From IMG/VR virus record IMGVR_UViG_3300033121_001033, positions 1 to 64,000 of that record: a stretch of 64,000 nt of DNA. One strand, given 5' to 3'. The translations under genes and the position numbers were made by a program. Shown here piece by piece: positions 27,467-35,919 of this stretch. The number at the start of each line of letters is the position of its first letter. Position 1 is the first letter of the stretch. The stretch comes from a virus. Its lineage: Duplodnaviria; Caudoviricetes. The notes beneath the pieces are model-generated. The model had not been told where the DNA came from. It saw only the letters and a program-made list of their open reading frames with translations, and ran no database searches.

Positions 27467-29380
27467 ATGTTAATGCCAAAAAACTATAAAGTAATTGATC
27501 CTCGTGGAGTAACATATGGAATAGTTACTTTCTCTTTGGATGATGTATTTCAAGCAAATCCTTTAGATCCTACTATTATCAATTTAATTGAAACATCTAG
27601 AATAATCGAGACACCTGCTGGTACATTAACAAACGCCTTAACATTTATTATCGGACCTCCTGGCCCTCCCGGACCTCCGGGAACTCCTGGCGGGCCTCCC
27701 GGACCAATTGGACCTGTAGGTTTAAGAGGTTTTACCGGACCTACAGGAGCAGCAGGCCCAATAGGACCTCCTGGAATTGATGGATCAAATGGTATTAACG
27801 GAGCCCCTGGTTCGATTGGCGCACCCGGACCTCCTGGTCCGACCGGGCCAATTGGTCCTTCTGGCGGACCTCCTGGTCCTACAGGCCCAACAGGATTAAC
27901 AGGCCCAACAGGCCCAAATGGTTCTCCTGGTCCTGCCGGACCAACTGGTCCAACAGGTCCAACCGGACCCACAGGATTTACTGGACCTCCCGGACCTACA
28001 GGTGCAAATGGACCAACCGGTCCGACGGGTCCGACGGGATTAACTGGTGCGACTGGTCCAACTGGAACAAGTGTTTTCGGGGGAGATGGTTCATTAGGAA
28101 ACGTTGTTATAAGTTCTAATGCTTTAGTGTCTGGAGTATTTAATTATAATAACTTAACCATAAATACAGGAGTCGTTTTAACAGTTTCTACAAGACGTGC
28201 TTTACATATTAAATGTCGTGGTAATTTTAATTTAAATGGCAAAATAAATGGATCCAATTATCTCCCAGGTGGTGCTGGAGGTATAAATACATCTAGTGCT
28301 GGTTCTGGCGAAGACGGAATGGGTTATTTATCTGGCGCTGCTGGCGGTGCGGGTGGTGGAGGAGCACGTAATAATGGATCTGGTAGCGGTGGTGGTAGAG
28401 GCGGTAATGGTGGTCCCAGAACAGTAGGATTACCATCTCTAACCTGCGAATGTTCACTCTATAATTCAGCAACTACTGGCGCTGGTTACCAATCGATGGC
28501 ATTCTCAAGCGAATATTATGATACAGATGGAATGCACAGTGGTTCATCATCCAACGTAACTATTCCAACATATGGTGATGGTTATTATTATATAAAGGCT
28601 TCAGGACGTGCAGTTAATCATAGGATTCGTGTAAATGGAACGGCTGTATTAACACAAGCAAGTACATCGGGCGCATTTGGTTCGCCAGATGTTTCTGTTG
28701 AGTACCGTGGTTTATTAAAAGCTGGCGATGTTGTTGATTATCAACAAGATACTCCATCTGCGACTACTAATAATGCTAAATTACTTGTAAGAAGAGAAAT
28801 CCCATTAGCTTGTAGTGTTGCAGTTGGTGGTTTAGGTGGTGCTCCAAGCGGTTCTGGTACAAGTCCCGGCGCTGTAGGAACTGTTCCTGGAAGAAATTCA
28901 AATATGGACTTCATTGGAGATTTAGATAGTCCACTTGCTTGGAATACATTTGCTGCCCCTGGAGCTTCTGGCGGTGGTGGTGGTGCTGGTGGTGGAAATG
29001 GTGTAAGTCCCGGCGGTGCTGGTGGAAATGCCGGAAACGTAGTATGTATTGAAGTATTAGGAGACTTAATTATTGGAACTGATGCTGCCGCTGGAGTTAC
29101 ATGTAGTGGAACTGCTGGAGCAGCAGGAACTAATTATACCGGAGCAGTTATGGCATCTGGTGGTGGTGGCGGTGGTGGTGCAGGATCATTAAGAATACTA
29201 TGGGCGGGTGCTGGAAGTAATGCAGGAACAACAGCCGCAGGAACAGTACACGCTAAAATAACCTGCGCTGCTGGTGCTGGAGGCGCAGCAGGAAGTAATA
29301 GCGGTGGTGGAGATTCAGCCGCAGCAGGTACCGCCGGTGAAAGCTCAAGTTATTTCCGTGTTATTAAAATAGGTGCTTAA
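27467..29380 (+). CDS. Collagen-repeat, Gly-rich fibre with internal C1q-like beta-sandwich
   Basis: Long interrupted G-P-x triplet run; Gly-rich region; EYYDTDGMH...[13 protein letters not shown]...LKAGDVV domain. Confidence 0.7.
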   Translation: MLMPKNYKVIDPRGVTYGIVTFSLDDVFQANPLDPTIINLIETSRIIETPAGTLTNALTFIIGPPGPPGPPGTPGGPPGPIGPVGLRGFTGPTGAAGPIGPPGIDGSNGINGAPGSIGAPGPPGPTGPIGPSGGPPGPTGPTGLTGPTGPNGSPGPAGPTGPTGPTGPTGFTGPPGPTGANGPTGPTGPTGLTGATGPTGTSVFGGDGSLGNVVISSNALVSGVFNYNNLTINTGVVLTVSTRRALHIKCRGNFNLNGKINGSNYLPGGAGGINTSSAGSGEDGMGYLSGAAGGAGGGGARNNGSGSGGGRGGNGGPRTVGLPSLTCECSLYNSATTGAGYQSMAFSSEYYDTDGMHSGSSSNVTIPTYGDGYYYIKASGRAVNHRIRVNGTAVLTQASTSGAFGSPDVSVEYRGLLKAGDVVDYQQDTPSATTNNAKLLVRREIPLACSVAVGGLGGAPSGSGTSPGAVGTVPGRNSNMDFIGDLDSPLAWNTFAAPGASGGGGGAGGGNGVSPGGAGGNAGNVVCIEVLGDLIIGTDAAAGVTCSGTAGAAGTNYTGAVMASGGGGGGGAGSLRILWAGAGSNAGTTAAGTVHAKITCAAGAGGAAGSNSGGGDSAAAGTAGESSSYFRVIKIGA

Positions 29381-29595
29381 TGGCTGATTTTAATTTAGTC
29401 TGTACTTGTGGTAATAGATTATTAACAGTTACTAGATGTAATCCAAAACAATGGTTATCAAACTTACATCATTTCGAATTTAATTGTAAATGTGGACTTA
29501 ATTGGAAATTAGGATCTACATCACAATATCCTGTTATTAATGATTGTACAGAGCGTCCTGCTAGTTGGATTGGCTTAACATTGGTTGCTAAATAG
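29380..29595 (+). CDS. Small Cys-rich protein
   Basis: CTCG, CKCG; coupled to the collagen gene. Confidence 0.45.
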   Translation: MADFNLVCTCGNRLLTVTRCNPKQWLSNLHHFEFNCKCGLNWKLGSTSQYPVINDCTERPASWIGLTLVAK

Positions 29596-30025
29596 GTAAT
29601 TTATTCCAATAATATTCTCTATGTGGAGATTTAATATCGATGAAACTTTCTTCTATTAAATCTCCGTAAGTATCACCTTTAACTAACACTAATTCAAATA
29701 CAGCGGCTGCTTGAATATTATTTTCAGTTGGGAAATACTGAGATAATAGTTTATACATGCAAAAATCTGTTTGATACAATAAAGGATCCATATAAAGCTT
29801 AATAGATTCAACCAGATGCAAATAAGGGGTTCTCATTTGTTCTCTATGTTTTAATTTAACCATCATTAGTTCTGAATTGTTAAGTAATGTTCTTGCTCTT
29901 AATGCAAATCTCCAAAAAAGCCCGTCGTAGTACTCGATAATTGTTCCTAATTTAATTGATGCGCTATCATCTTTCTCTGGATCGAGTATATAATCTATAT
30001 CTGCAAATAAAAACATATCACTCAT
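29588..30025 (-). CDS. Hypothetical protein
   Basis: 145-aa ORF. Confidence 0.45.
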   Translation of the reverse strand: MSDMFLFADIDYILDPEKDDSASIKLGTIIEYYDGLFWRFALRARTLLNNSELMMVKLKHREQMRTPYLHLVESIKLYMDPLLYQTDFCMYKLLSQYFPTENNIQAAAVFELVLVKGDTYGDLIEESFIDIKSPHREYYWNKLPI

Positions 30026-30070
30026 ACTATGAATTTAGTAGGAGTGATATTAAATTGCTATTAAAATATA

Positions 30071-30208
30071 TTAATAGTTATCAAGCAATAATTTTGCTGC
30101 TTGTAATGCAGATTGTGGATCTTGGTTGTAATTATTTAATATTTCAAGAAGTGCAAATTTAACTGATTCGCGCGTATCTAATTCTTTTTTTATTTTTATA
30201 ACATCCAT
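30071..30208 (-). CDS. Small unlisted ORF (45 aa)
   Basis: Hand translation MDVIKIKKELDTRESVKFALLEILNNYNQDPQSALQAAKLLLDNY; GAGG RBS. Confidence 0.45.
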   Translation of the reverse strand: MDVIKIKKELDTRESVKFALLEILNNYNQDPQSALQAAKLLLDNY

Positions 30209-30389
30209 TTAAATCCTCATGTTATCTATTATTATTTAAAAGTTCCGACAAATTTCGTGAGTATAAAAGAATATACATTTTTTCACTATAGAGATAACAA
30301 GAATCGAACTTGTTCTGTTGCCGTATGAAAGCAATTGATCGCCACGATCTATATCTCTAAATGCCGCAGAATTAACTGCGGCTAATTTT

Positions 30390-31148
30390 TCAGAATGGTA
30401 TATCGTTATCTGAAGCGGCTTCAGCAATTGCAGCAGTTGCAGCCGTATCTTTACGAATTTGAGCAGCTACTTGTTCTAACTCTTCAAATGACATTGGTTT
30501 TAATACCTCATCATAATTGAAAGGAGTTAAGTACTTCTCAACAGTTGTACCATAATCCGCAGCGGCTTTGCTGTAACGTTCAGCTAATTGAGCCTCTGTT
30601 AATGGATTACCATTTGGTAACCACATATCCCCAATTCGTGGAGTTTTTTGGTCAGTTCCTCTCGAAATTGACCACTCACGACCACGCCACGGAGTAAATT
30701 TTGATACTAATTTCTTCATAGCTTCTAGTTGACGAGCGTTAACTAGAAGTAAACGACGTTGATCTTTAATCACTCGTCCTTTATTTTTACCTGAAGGAAT
30801 TTCCCATTCTGAACCGTCAAGAATTGTTCCCGCTGTAAACCACTTGCCTTTTTCGCCTGTGGCATCACAAACTGGACAACCTTTCTTTGAGAATTGTGAA
30901 ATACAAACTATGTTATTACTGAAACTATTGTTAATCTTAACGCCTTGGTGCATACGAACTGAAAATTCGAATGGTTTTTCGTCAAGAGTTGTTCCGGTTA
31001 CTTCACTATTGAGACGAACTAAGAAAGGTGAAACTTTCTTTTGTGTCTCTCCTACCTTTTCAGATAGAACGTATTCAAGTTTCTTAAAGCGACTTCCGGT
31101 TGCATTTGGTGTTGGGGGTGGACCGCCTGATCCTCTAAATGTAGTCAT
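30390..31148 (-). CDS. Single-stranded DNA-binding protein, T4 gp32-like
   Basis: H...VC.....GCPVCD zinc-site pattern, ISRG..K..R.GD.W, acidic C-terminus DNDIPF; adjacent to primase and helicase. Confidence 0.75.
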   Translation of the reverse strand: MTTFRGSGGPPPTPNATGSRFKKLEYVLSEKVGETQKKVSPFLVRLNSEVTGTTLDEKPFEFSVRMHQGVKINNSFSNNIVCISQFSKKGCPVCDATGEKGKWFTAGTILDGSEWEIPSGKNKGRVIKDQRRLLLVNARQLEAMKKLVSKFTPWRGREWSISRGTDQKTPRIGDMWLPNGNPLTEAQLAERYSKAAADYGTTVEKYLTPFNYDEVLKPMSFEELEQVAAQIRKDTAATAAIAEAASDNDIPF

Positions 31149-31225
31149 TTGTTAATCTCCTTATTTAGCTTTTAGCATTATGCTGTAGCCATTGTTATAC
31201 TACACGACCTCATGTAGTATGTCAA
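31146..31225 (-). promoter_or_regulatory. Sigma70 promoter plus conserved 5' leader hairpin (copy B)
   Basis: TTGACA-N17-TAGTAT-N6-GGCTAC AGCA TAA TGCT AAAAGCTAA ATA AGGAGATTAA caaATG. Confidence 0.8.
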
Positions 31226-31246
31226 TCAAAAAATATCTCACTAGCA

Positions 31247-33448
31247 TCACTGAGATAAATCATGAGAAAATTCAACTTTTTTACCAAGAACATACTTGGC
31301 GGAATTAAATAATCTCACGATGTCTTCTGCTGGAAGATTGCCGGGATCTTTTTTAGATCCATCTTCTAATAGATCTATAGGGCATTCTATTAATTTAATA
31401 GAAACTCTTCCTTGTAACATTCTATGTATCTTTTTTGTCATTGTTCTACCTGGACCATCACCATCCATAAAAATATAAACATATGGTGGATTAAAAGAAC
31501 AAATAGTGTCTGCGTGTTCTTTAGAAAAACCCTCGCCAAGAACAGCAACAGAGCACGCCATTGGATACAAAGCCTGATCTGTTTTAACCACTCCTGTAGC
31601 ACCCTCAACAATAACAATTGGTTTGTTTGGTTCTAATAAATGCTCGCCAAGAAGATATAATTGCCGATTAAAATTATCGTAATTATGATGTCTTCTTTCA
31701 GCTTGATTTGTTATATCTCTGCCCTGCATTCCGACTAAATTTTTATCTTTATCTCTAATTGGAAAAACTAATCTTTTTAATTTTACATCGTGGCCCAAAG
31801 ACCAACGTTCTGCTGTTTCTGGTTTTATTCCACGCTCACTAGCGTATGAAGGTAAAGGATGTTTAAAATCATCCCATCTCGATTCTGGAATTATATCCTT
31901 AGATTTAATAATTTTCTTCTTAAGAGATTTTTTCTTACTTTTATCTAACAATGATTCCAGTGTAACGGCTTCTGTTTTTTGAACAGACTCCAGTAGTTCT
32001 TTATGCTCTGTTCCGTCTAGTGCTAGTTCTAGCATTTTGGCCCATGAGCCTTTAAAACCGCATGAACCAGAAAAACACCTAACAACACTTGGGCCATCTG
32101 GGTCGATTTTTACACTACAACCCATATTATGATCATATGGATCTTTATGTCTTAAAGGGGCCAAAGGACAATTTTTAACAACTACTGATCCCACTATATA
32201 ACTTTCGTCATTTTCAACAGTCATATTATATACTAAAATGTCTTTAACTTCTTTAGTTACAATTTCTTTAATAGGATATGTCATTTTATTAAGTATTTTT
32301 TGACCAACACATTGGTCTTGTGTATCCGCCCAACATACTTCATAACTCTCTCTATGGTGAACTCCATTTTTATCAATTCTTTCTGCACGAGAAGTTCTTC
32401 TACACGCTATTCCAAGAGATCCAAGTAGTATAGGTAATTGAAAACTCATTGTAATTGATGTAGTACTTATAGATTCCCATTTACCGGCTTTTGTCGATTT
32501 GCTACCTGCATACCTACATCCATCTCCTGCTCGTAGTCCTTCTAAAAATGCTTTTTTAATCTCGATGGAAGATGTCATAATGAACTCTGGTATAATTTTG
32601 TTTGGTGCTTTATGACCTAGTATATATGGAAGCCATCGCGCTATAAAACTATTATAGATATATACTCTTTGCGTATTATGTTCGGCATCTGTACGTATCG
32701 TTGGCGTTTCATTAAATATATTTTTTATTAATTTAGTACATTTTTTAACACTCGGTTCTCCATTTCTAAATGTAAATCCAGTGTAGCTGTATCCACTTCC
32801 TATATCTCCAGTAGAACATCCCTTAGCCGACCACAATCCTAGCAAATGAGCCAATTCTTTAGACAAATAAACCTCGGGACATGACTTTCTATGTTTTCTT
32901 AATTTTCCTGTAGACGTTCTTGTATTAAATAATAGTGGATCTATCAAAGGAACTAATATATCTTTATTTGGAATAAAAGGTAATACGAGTCTATCTTTTA
33001 TCTTTAAAGTCTTAATTTCAGACAATTCTTCTGTCGCATGAATTTTTGGAGGTACATCATTTATTTTAACTGATTCTTTACCAGAATTTGAAATTTTAAT
33101 ATCTTTTCGAAGTTTTATAATATCATTATTTTTATAGTTATAAACCCTGTGATTATCAGTACTTGTAATAGAATAATTAAGTCCTTTAAAAGATGTAGTT
33201 ATTAAATTTCCGGTAAACGATTTAACATGAGTAGCTTTAACTTTTTGGTAGCCGCTTTCATGAGTAAGTACATAATCACCTATTTTTATCTTATCAATAG
33301 GAACTAATCCTTTTGATGTCATAACAGGTGTACCTTTAGGAAAACAACTTATTGATATTTGTGGACCAACCCTCTCGTTATTATCACGAACATGAGAATA
33401 ACTAAGTTTAAGTTGATTACAAATTTCTACTATCCCTTCGAGATCCAT
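31247..33448 (-). CDS. DNA primase (zinc-binding + TOPRIM) interrupted by an intein
   Basis: Spliced product about 341 aa: ..ISIS|CPLAPLRH...CFSGSC zinc finger, LVFPIRD, QGRDI, IVEG, FMDGD. Confidence 0.85.
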   Translation of the reverse strand: MDLEGIVEICNQLKLSYSHVRDNNERVGPQISISCFPKGTPVMTSKGLVPIDKIKIGDYVLTHESGYQKVKATHVKSFTGNLITTSFKGLNYSITSTDNHRVYNYKNNDIIKLRKDIKISNSGKESVKINDVPPKIHATEELSEIKTLKIKDRLVLPFIPNKDILVPLIDPLLFNTRTSTGKLRKHRKSCPEVYLSKELAHLLGLWSAKGCSTGDIGSGYSYTGFTFRNGEPSVKKCTKLIKNIFNETPTIRTDAEHNTQRVYIYNSFIARWLPYILGHKAPNKIIPEFIMTSSIEIKKAFLEGLRAGDGCRYAGSKSTKAGKWESISTTSITMSFQLPILLGSLGIACRRTSRAERIDKNGVHHRESYEVCWADTQDQCVGQKILNKMTYPIKEIVTKEVKDILVYNMTVENDESYIVGSVVVKNCPLAPLRHKDPYDHNMGCSVKIDPDGPSVVRCFSGSCGFKGSWAKMLELALDGTEHKELLESVQKTEAVTLESLLDKSKKKSLKKKIIKSKDIIPESRWDDFKHPLPSYASERGIKPETAERWSLGHDVKLKRLVFPIRDKDKNLVGMQGRDITNQAERRHHNYDNFNRQLYLLGEHLLEPNKPIVIVEGATGVVKTDQALYPMACSVAVLGEGFSKEHADTICSFNPPYVYIFMDGDGPGRTMTKKIHRMLQGRVSIKLIECPIDLLEDGSKKDPGNLPAEDIVRLFNSAKYVLGKKVEFSHDLSQ
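32171..33346 (-). mobile_element. Intein (392 aa) with LAGLIDADG-type homing endonuclease
   Basis: Block A CFPKGTPV, block B TDNHRV, blocks C/E LGLWSAKG and FLEGLRAGDG, block F VYNMTVENDESY, block G VVKN followed by Cys+1. Confidence 0.9.
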
Positions 33449-33466
33449 TAAATATCCTTTTAAATT

Positions 33467-34789
33467 TTAGAAAGCTATTTGATTCATAGGCCCGAGATCT
33501 GGTAATTGGTCTATTGCCAATGATGGCTCTCCTGGCAAATCGTTATTACTATTTAATACTTTAATTTCAGAATAGTCTTGTGTCGACATATTAAAATTAA
33601 TTAGAAGATCTATTGGTTCGAAATCACGGCCTTTCATACCACGCATAACTCTTTGCTTTTGTGCAAGAAAAGTAGTGTCAGCAAATAAACCATCCACTGT
33701 ATCGGCGTAGTCACCTATTGCTTTTGCATATGCAGCAGAGTCAGCTTCACCATCTAAATCTTCTTTTCCGACTGAACCACTTAATTGTGAAGTTACTATA
33801 ACAGGAACATTCTGTGAAACTGCGACATCTAATTTTATCATCTGAATATTTTCTAATGTTCTCTCCCATATAGGTTTACGAGAACTTTTACCCATTATGT
33901 AAAAACCATCAATAAGTACTAAAGAGGGTTTATATTGTGCAGTATATCTTGCTGCATCACTTGGCGTATCTACTAAATCAGAACCGATAACAATGATTTC
34001 AGATCGTTTGTCATCTTTCTTTTTCATTTCAGCGCACCAATTCATAAATTTTAATTTTTGATCTGGCGGCAACTTACCGGATCTGAATTGTGCGAAATCT
34101 AATTTGTTATGAATTGCAAATAATCTTGAATTAATTTGCCAAGGTGGCATTTCCATCGAAATAATTAATATTTTCTCGCCATTTTTAAAGTAATTAGACC
34201 AGGCATGATTAATCCAGGCAAGTGATCCTTGTGTCTTTCCGGTACCTCTTTTTGCTAGAATTGCTGCTAATTCACCTTTATGTAAACCTAGAGAAGCTTT
34301 ATCTCTAGAAGGCCACGGAGATGGAATTCCTAATGTTTTATCACCGGCGTTTTCTGCTTCTAAGTATCTCTTCTCAATAATTTCGATTGAGAGAGGATTA
34401 TTTGTACTTTGTATTGTGCCTTTAACTTGAGCGGTATCTATAACTAATTGATCTAATTCTAATCTAGCTTTAACAGGATCTTCAAGTTTACGAATTATTG
34501 CATCTAAACCAGTTTCTAGACTAGTTTTTAATGTTCTATTAGAAATTATCGTGGAACATGTATCAATGTCTAATTTATCTTTTTGTTCTTTTATTTCTAT
34601 TTGTGTTAATAGATCTATTTCTGATGTAGAAGGTAAACGACCTTTTGGAAGATATGTTTCAAATAGATCGTATACCTGTTTGTAATCTCCGAATAAATGC
34701 TCGGACTTAATACCTTTTTGTCTTGCATGTGAATAAGCTTCTACACCGCCTTGTAATATGGCGTGTATTAGTGCTTCATCTGGGGTCAA
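33467..34789 (-). CDS. dnaB: Replicative DnaB-like helicase
   Basis: AKRGTGKT, ISMEMP, LIDGFY, IVTSQL, AYAKAI, MKGRD. Confidence 0.88.
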   Translation of the reverse strand: MTPDEALIHAILQGGVEAYSHARQKGIKSEHLFGDYKQVYDLFETYLPKGRLPSTSEIDLLTQIEIKEQKDKLDIDTCSTIISNRTLKTSLETGLDAIIRKLEDPVKARLELDQLVIDTAQVKGTIQSTNNPLSIEIIEKRYLEAENAGDKTLGIPSPWPSRDKASLGLHKGELAAILAKRGTGKTQGSLAWINHAWSNYFKNGEKILIISMEMPPWQINSRLFAIHNKLDFAQFRSGKLPPDQKLKFMNWCAEMKKKDDKRSEIIVIGSDLVDTPSDAARYTAQYKPSLVLIDGFYIMGKSSRKPIWERTLENIQMIKLDVAVSQNVPVIVTSQLSGSVGKEDLDGEADSAAYAKAIGDYADTVDGLFADTTFLAQKQRVMRGMKGRDFEPIDLLINFNMSTQDYSEIKVLNSNNDLPGEPSLAIDQLPDLGPMNQIAF

Positions 34790-34798
34790 ATTACACCT

Positions 34799-35467
34799 TT
34801 ACTTTGATTTTTTAATTTTCTTGCGTTTTTGCTTAGAATCAGGATCTTCTACGATCGGAACAGTAGCATCGACCATTTTGAGCGGATTTGTTAGATTAGG
34901 ATCTTGTTTAACTATTTTAGAAATTTTATAAATAGTTCTATTTTCTAATCTTCCCGGCATCACTTCAAAAGTTACATTTTTTGAGTTTAGATACTTTTTA
35001 AATGTTTGCTCCGTTGGTCGTACAGAGTTACCATTCATAATCTCTTGTTGCCCATGTACAATTTCAATGAATAATGTTGATACATTTTCGATTACTTTAT
35101 CTAAAATAGTCAATGGATCCGGTATTTGTTCAAATCCTTCGGACCAAATAGCAGTATCATATTTATTATTAATATTTAATACTTCTGTGGCAGGACTTTT
35201 AACAACAGCAAGTATTCTTGACAATCCTTTTTTGTATTGTAAGCGTGGTTCATAATAGAAAGTCTCATATAAATCTGAAACTTCATTAATTAATCCACCA
35301 TAACTTGGAAATAAAATTAATACTTTACCATTTAGATTGAATTTTTTTAAATATAACGTCGGGTCATATTTTCCAGGAAGCGTGTATTTAGGTGTTTTAA
35401 CAGTAAAACTTGTTTGATCTCCTGCATAAAAATCTGAGGAGTGTCTAATATCTTCTAATGTTTCCAT
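34799..35467 (-). CDS. Possible degenerate class I SAM-methyltransferase-fold protein
   Basis: NLNGKVLILFPSYGG (eroded motif I) and KYDTAIWSEGFEQIPDPLTILDKV (post-II pattern). Confidence 0.35.
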   Translation of the reverse strand: METLEDIRHSSDFYAGDQTSFTVKTPKYTLPGKYDPTLYLKKFNLNGKVLILFPSYGGLINEVSDLYETFYYEPRLQYKKGLSRILAVVKSPATEVLNINNKYDTAIWSEGFEQIPDPLTILDKVIENVSTLFIEIVHGQQEIMNGNSVRPTEQTFKKYLNSKNVTFEVMPGRLENRTIYKISKIVKQDPNLTNPLKMVDATVPIVEDPDSKQKRKKIKKSK

Positions 35468-35468
35468 A

Positions 35469-35699
35469 TTATCCTTTTTTCTTTTTAAACTTCACTGACT
35501 GTAGTGTTGTTCTACTCTCATATATTTTATGAGGATGTAATTTTCTAAATTCTTCTTCTGTAATTTCAAAAGTCTTAAAATCGTGTTTGCAATTACTGCA
35601 TTTACGACGACGCCATTTAATATTATCAATATTTTCGTCTACTGGAATAATAGTTTTTAATACAGAGGTTGATAAACGATCACAATTAGGACACCGCAT
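35469..35699 (-). CDS. NrdR-like N-terminal zinc ribbon protein without ATP cone
   Basis: MRCPNC...T.V......RRRKCSNCKHDFKTFE parallels NrdR MxCPxC...RRRxCxxCxxRFTTFE. Confidence 0.7.
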   Translation of the reverse strand: MRCPNCDRLSTSVLKTIIPVDENIDNIKWRRRKCSNCKHDFKTFEITEEEFRKLHPHKIYESRTTLQSVKFKKKKG

Positions 35700-35919
35700 T
35701 TCTAACCCCGCCTATTTTTCCATCCCTTGGAAGATTTATTAAAGATTTACGCTTAGGAAAACTAAATGGATTAGGTTTCTTAGCATCATTCATTCTAATT
35801 CTTCGTGCCTTAAAGACATCTCTGACTGGAGCAACAGCCTTTTCGCGTATCCTACGCTCCAATCTAGAGTGTAAATCGCGACGTTCAGGCTCGAATGCTT
35901 CTATAATACGATAAATAAT
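35686..35919 (-). CDS. Unlisted basic ORF (about 77 aa), start codon uncertain (ATT or internal TTG)
   Basis: Open frame IIYRIIEAFEPERRDLHSRLERRIREKAVAPVRDVFKARR... fills the gap after terminase; GGAGG 9 nt upstream of ATT at 35919. Confidence 0.35.
   Translation of the reverse strand: MIYRIIEAFEPERRDLHSRLERRIREKAVAPVRDVFKARRIRMNDAKKPNPFSFPKRKSLINLPRDGKIGGVRNAVS

Noticed and set aside
27550-27972. Antisense collagen-like ORF, and similar Pro-rich antisense ORFs over the Gly-rich fibres (4029-4955, 7143-9248)
   Set aside because: These are shadow frames created by GGN/CCN repeat codons on the coding strand; no RBS or independent signal.
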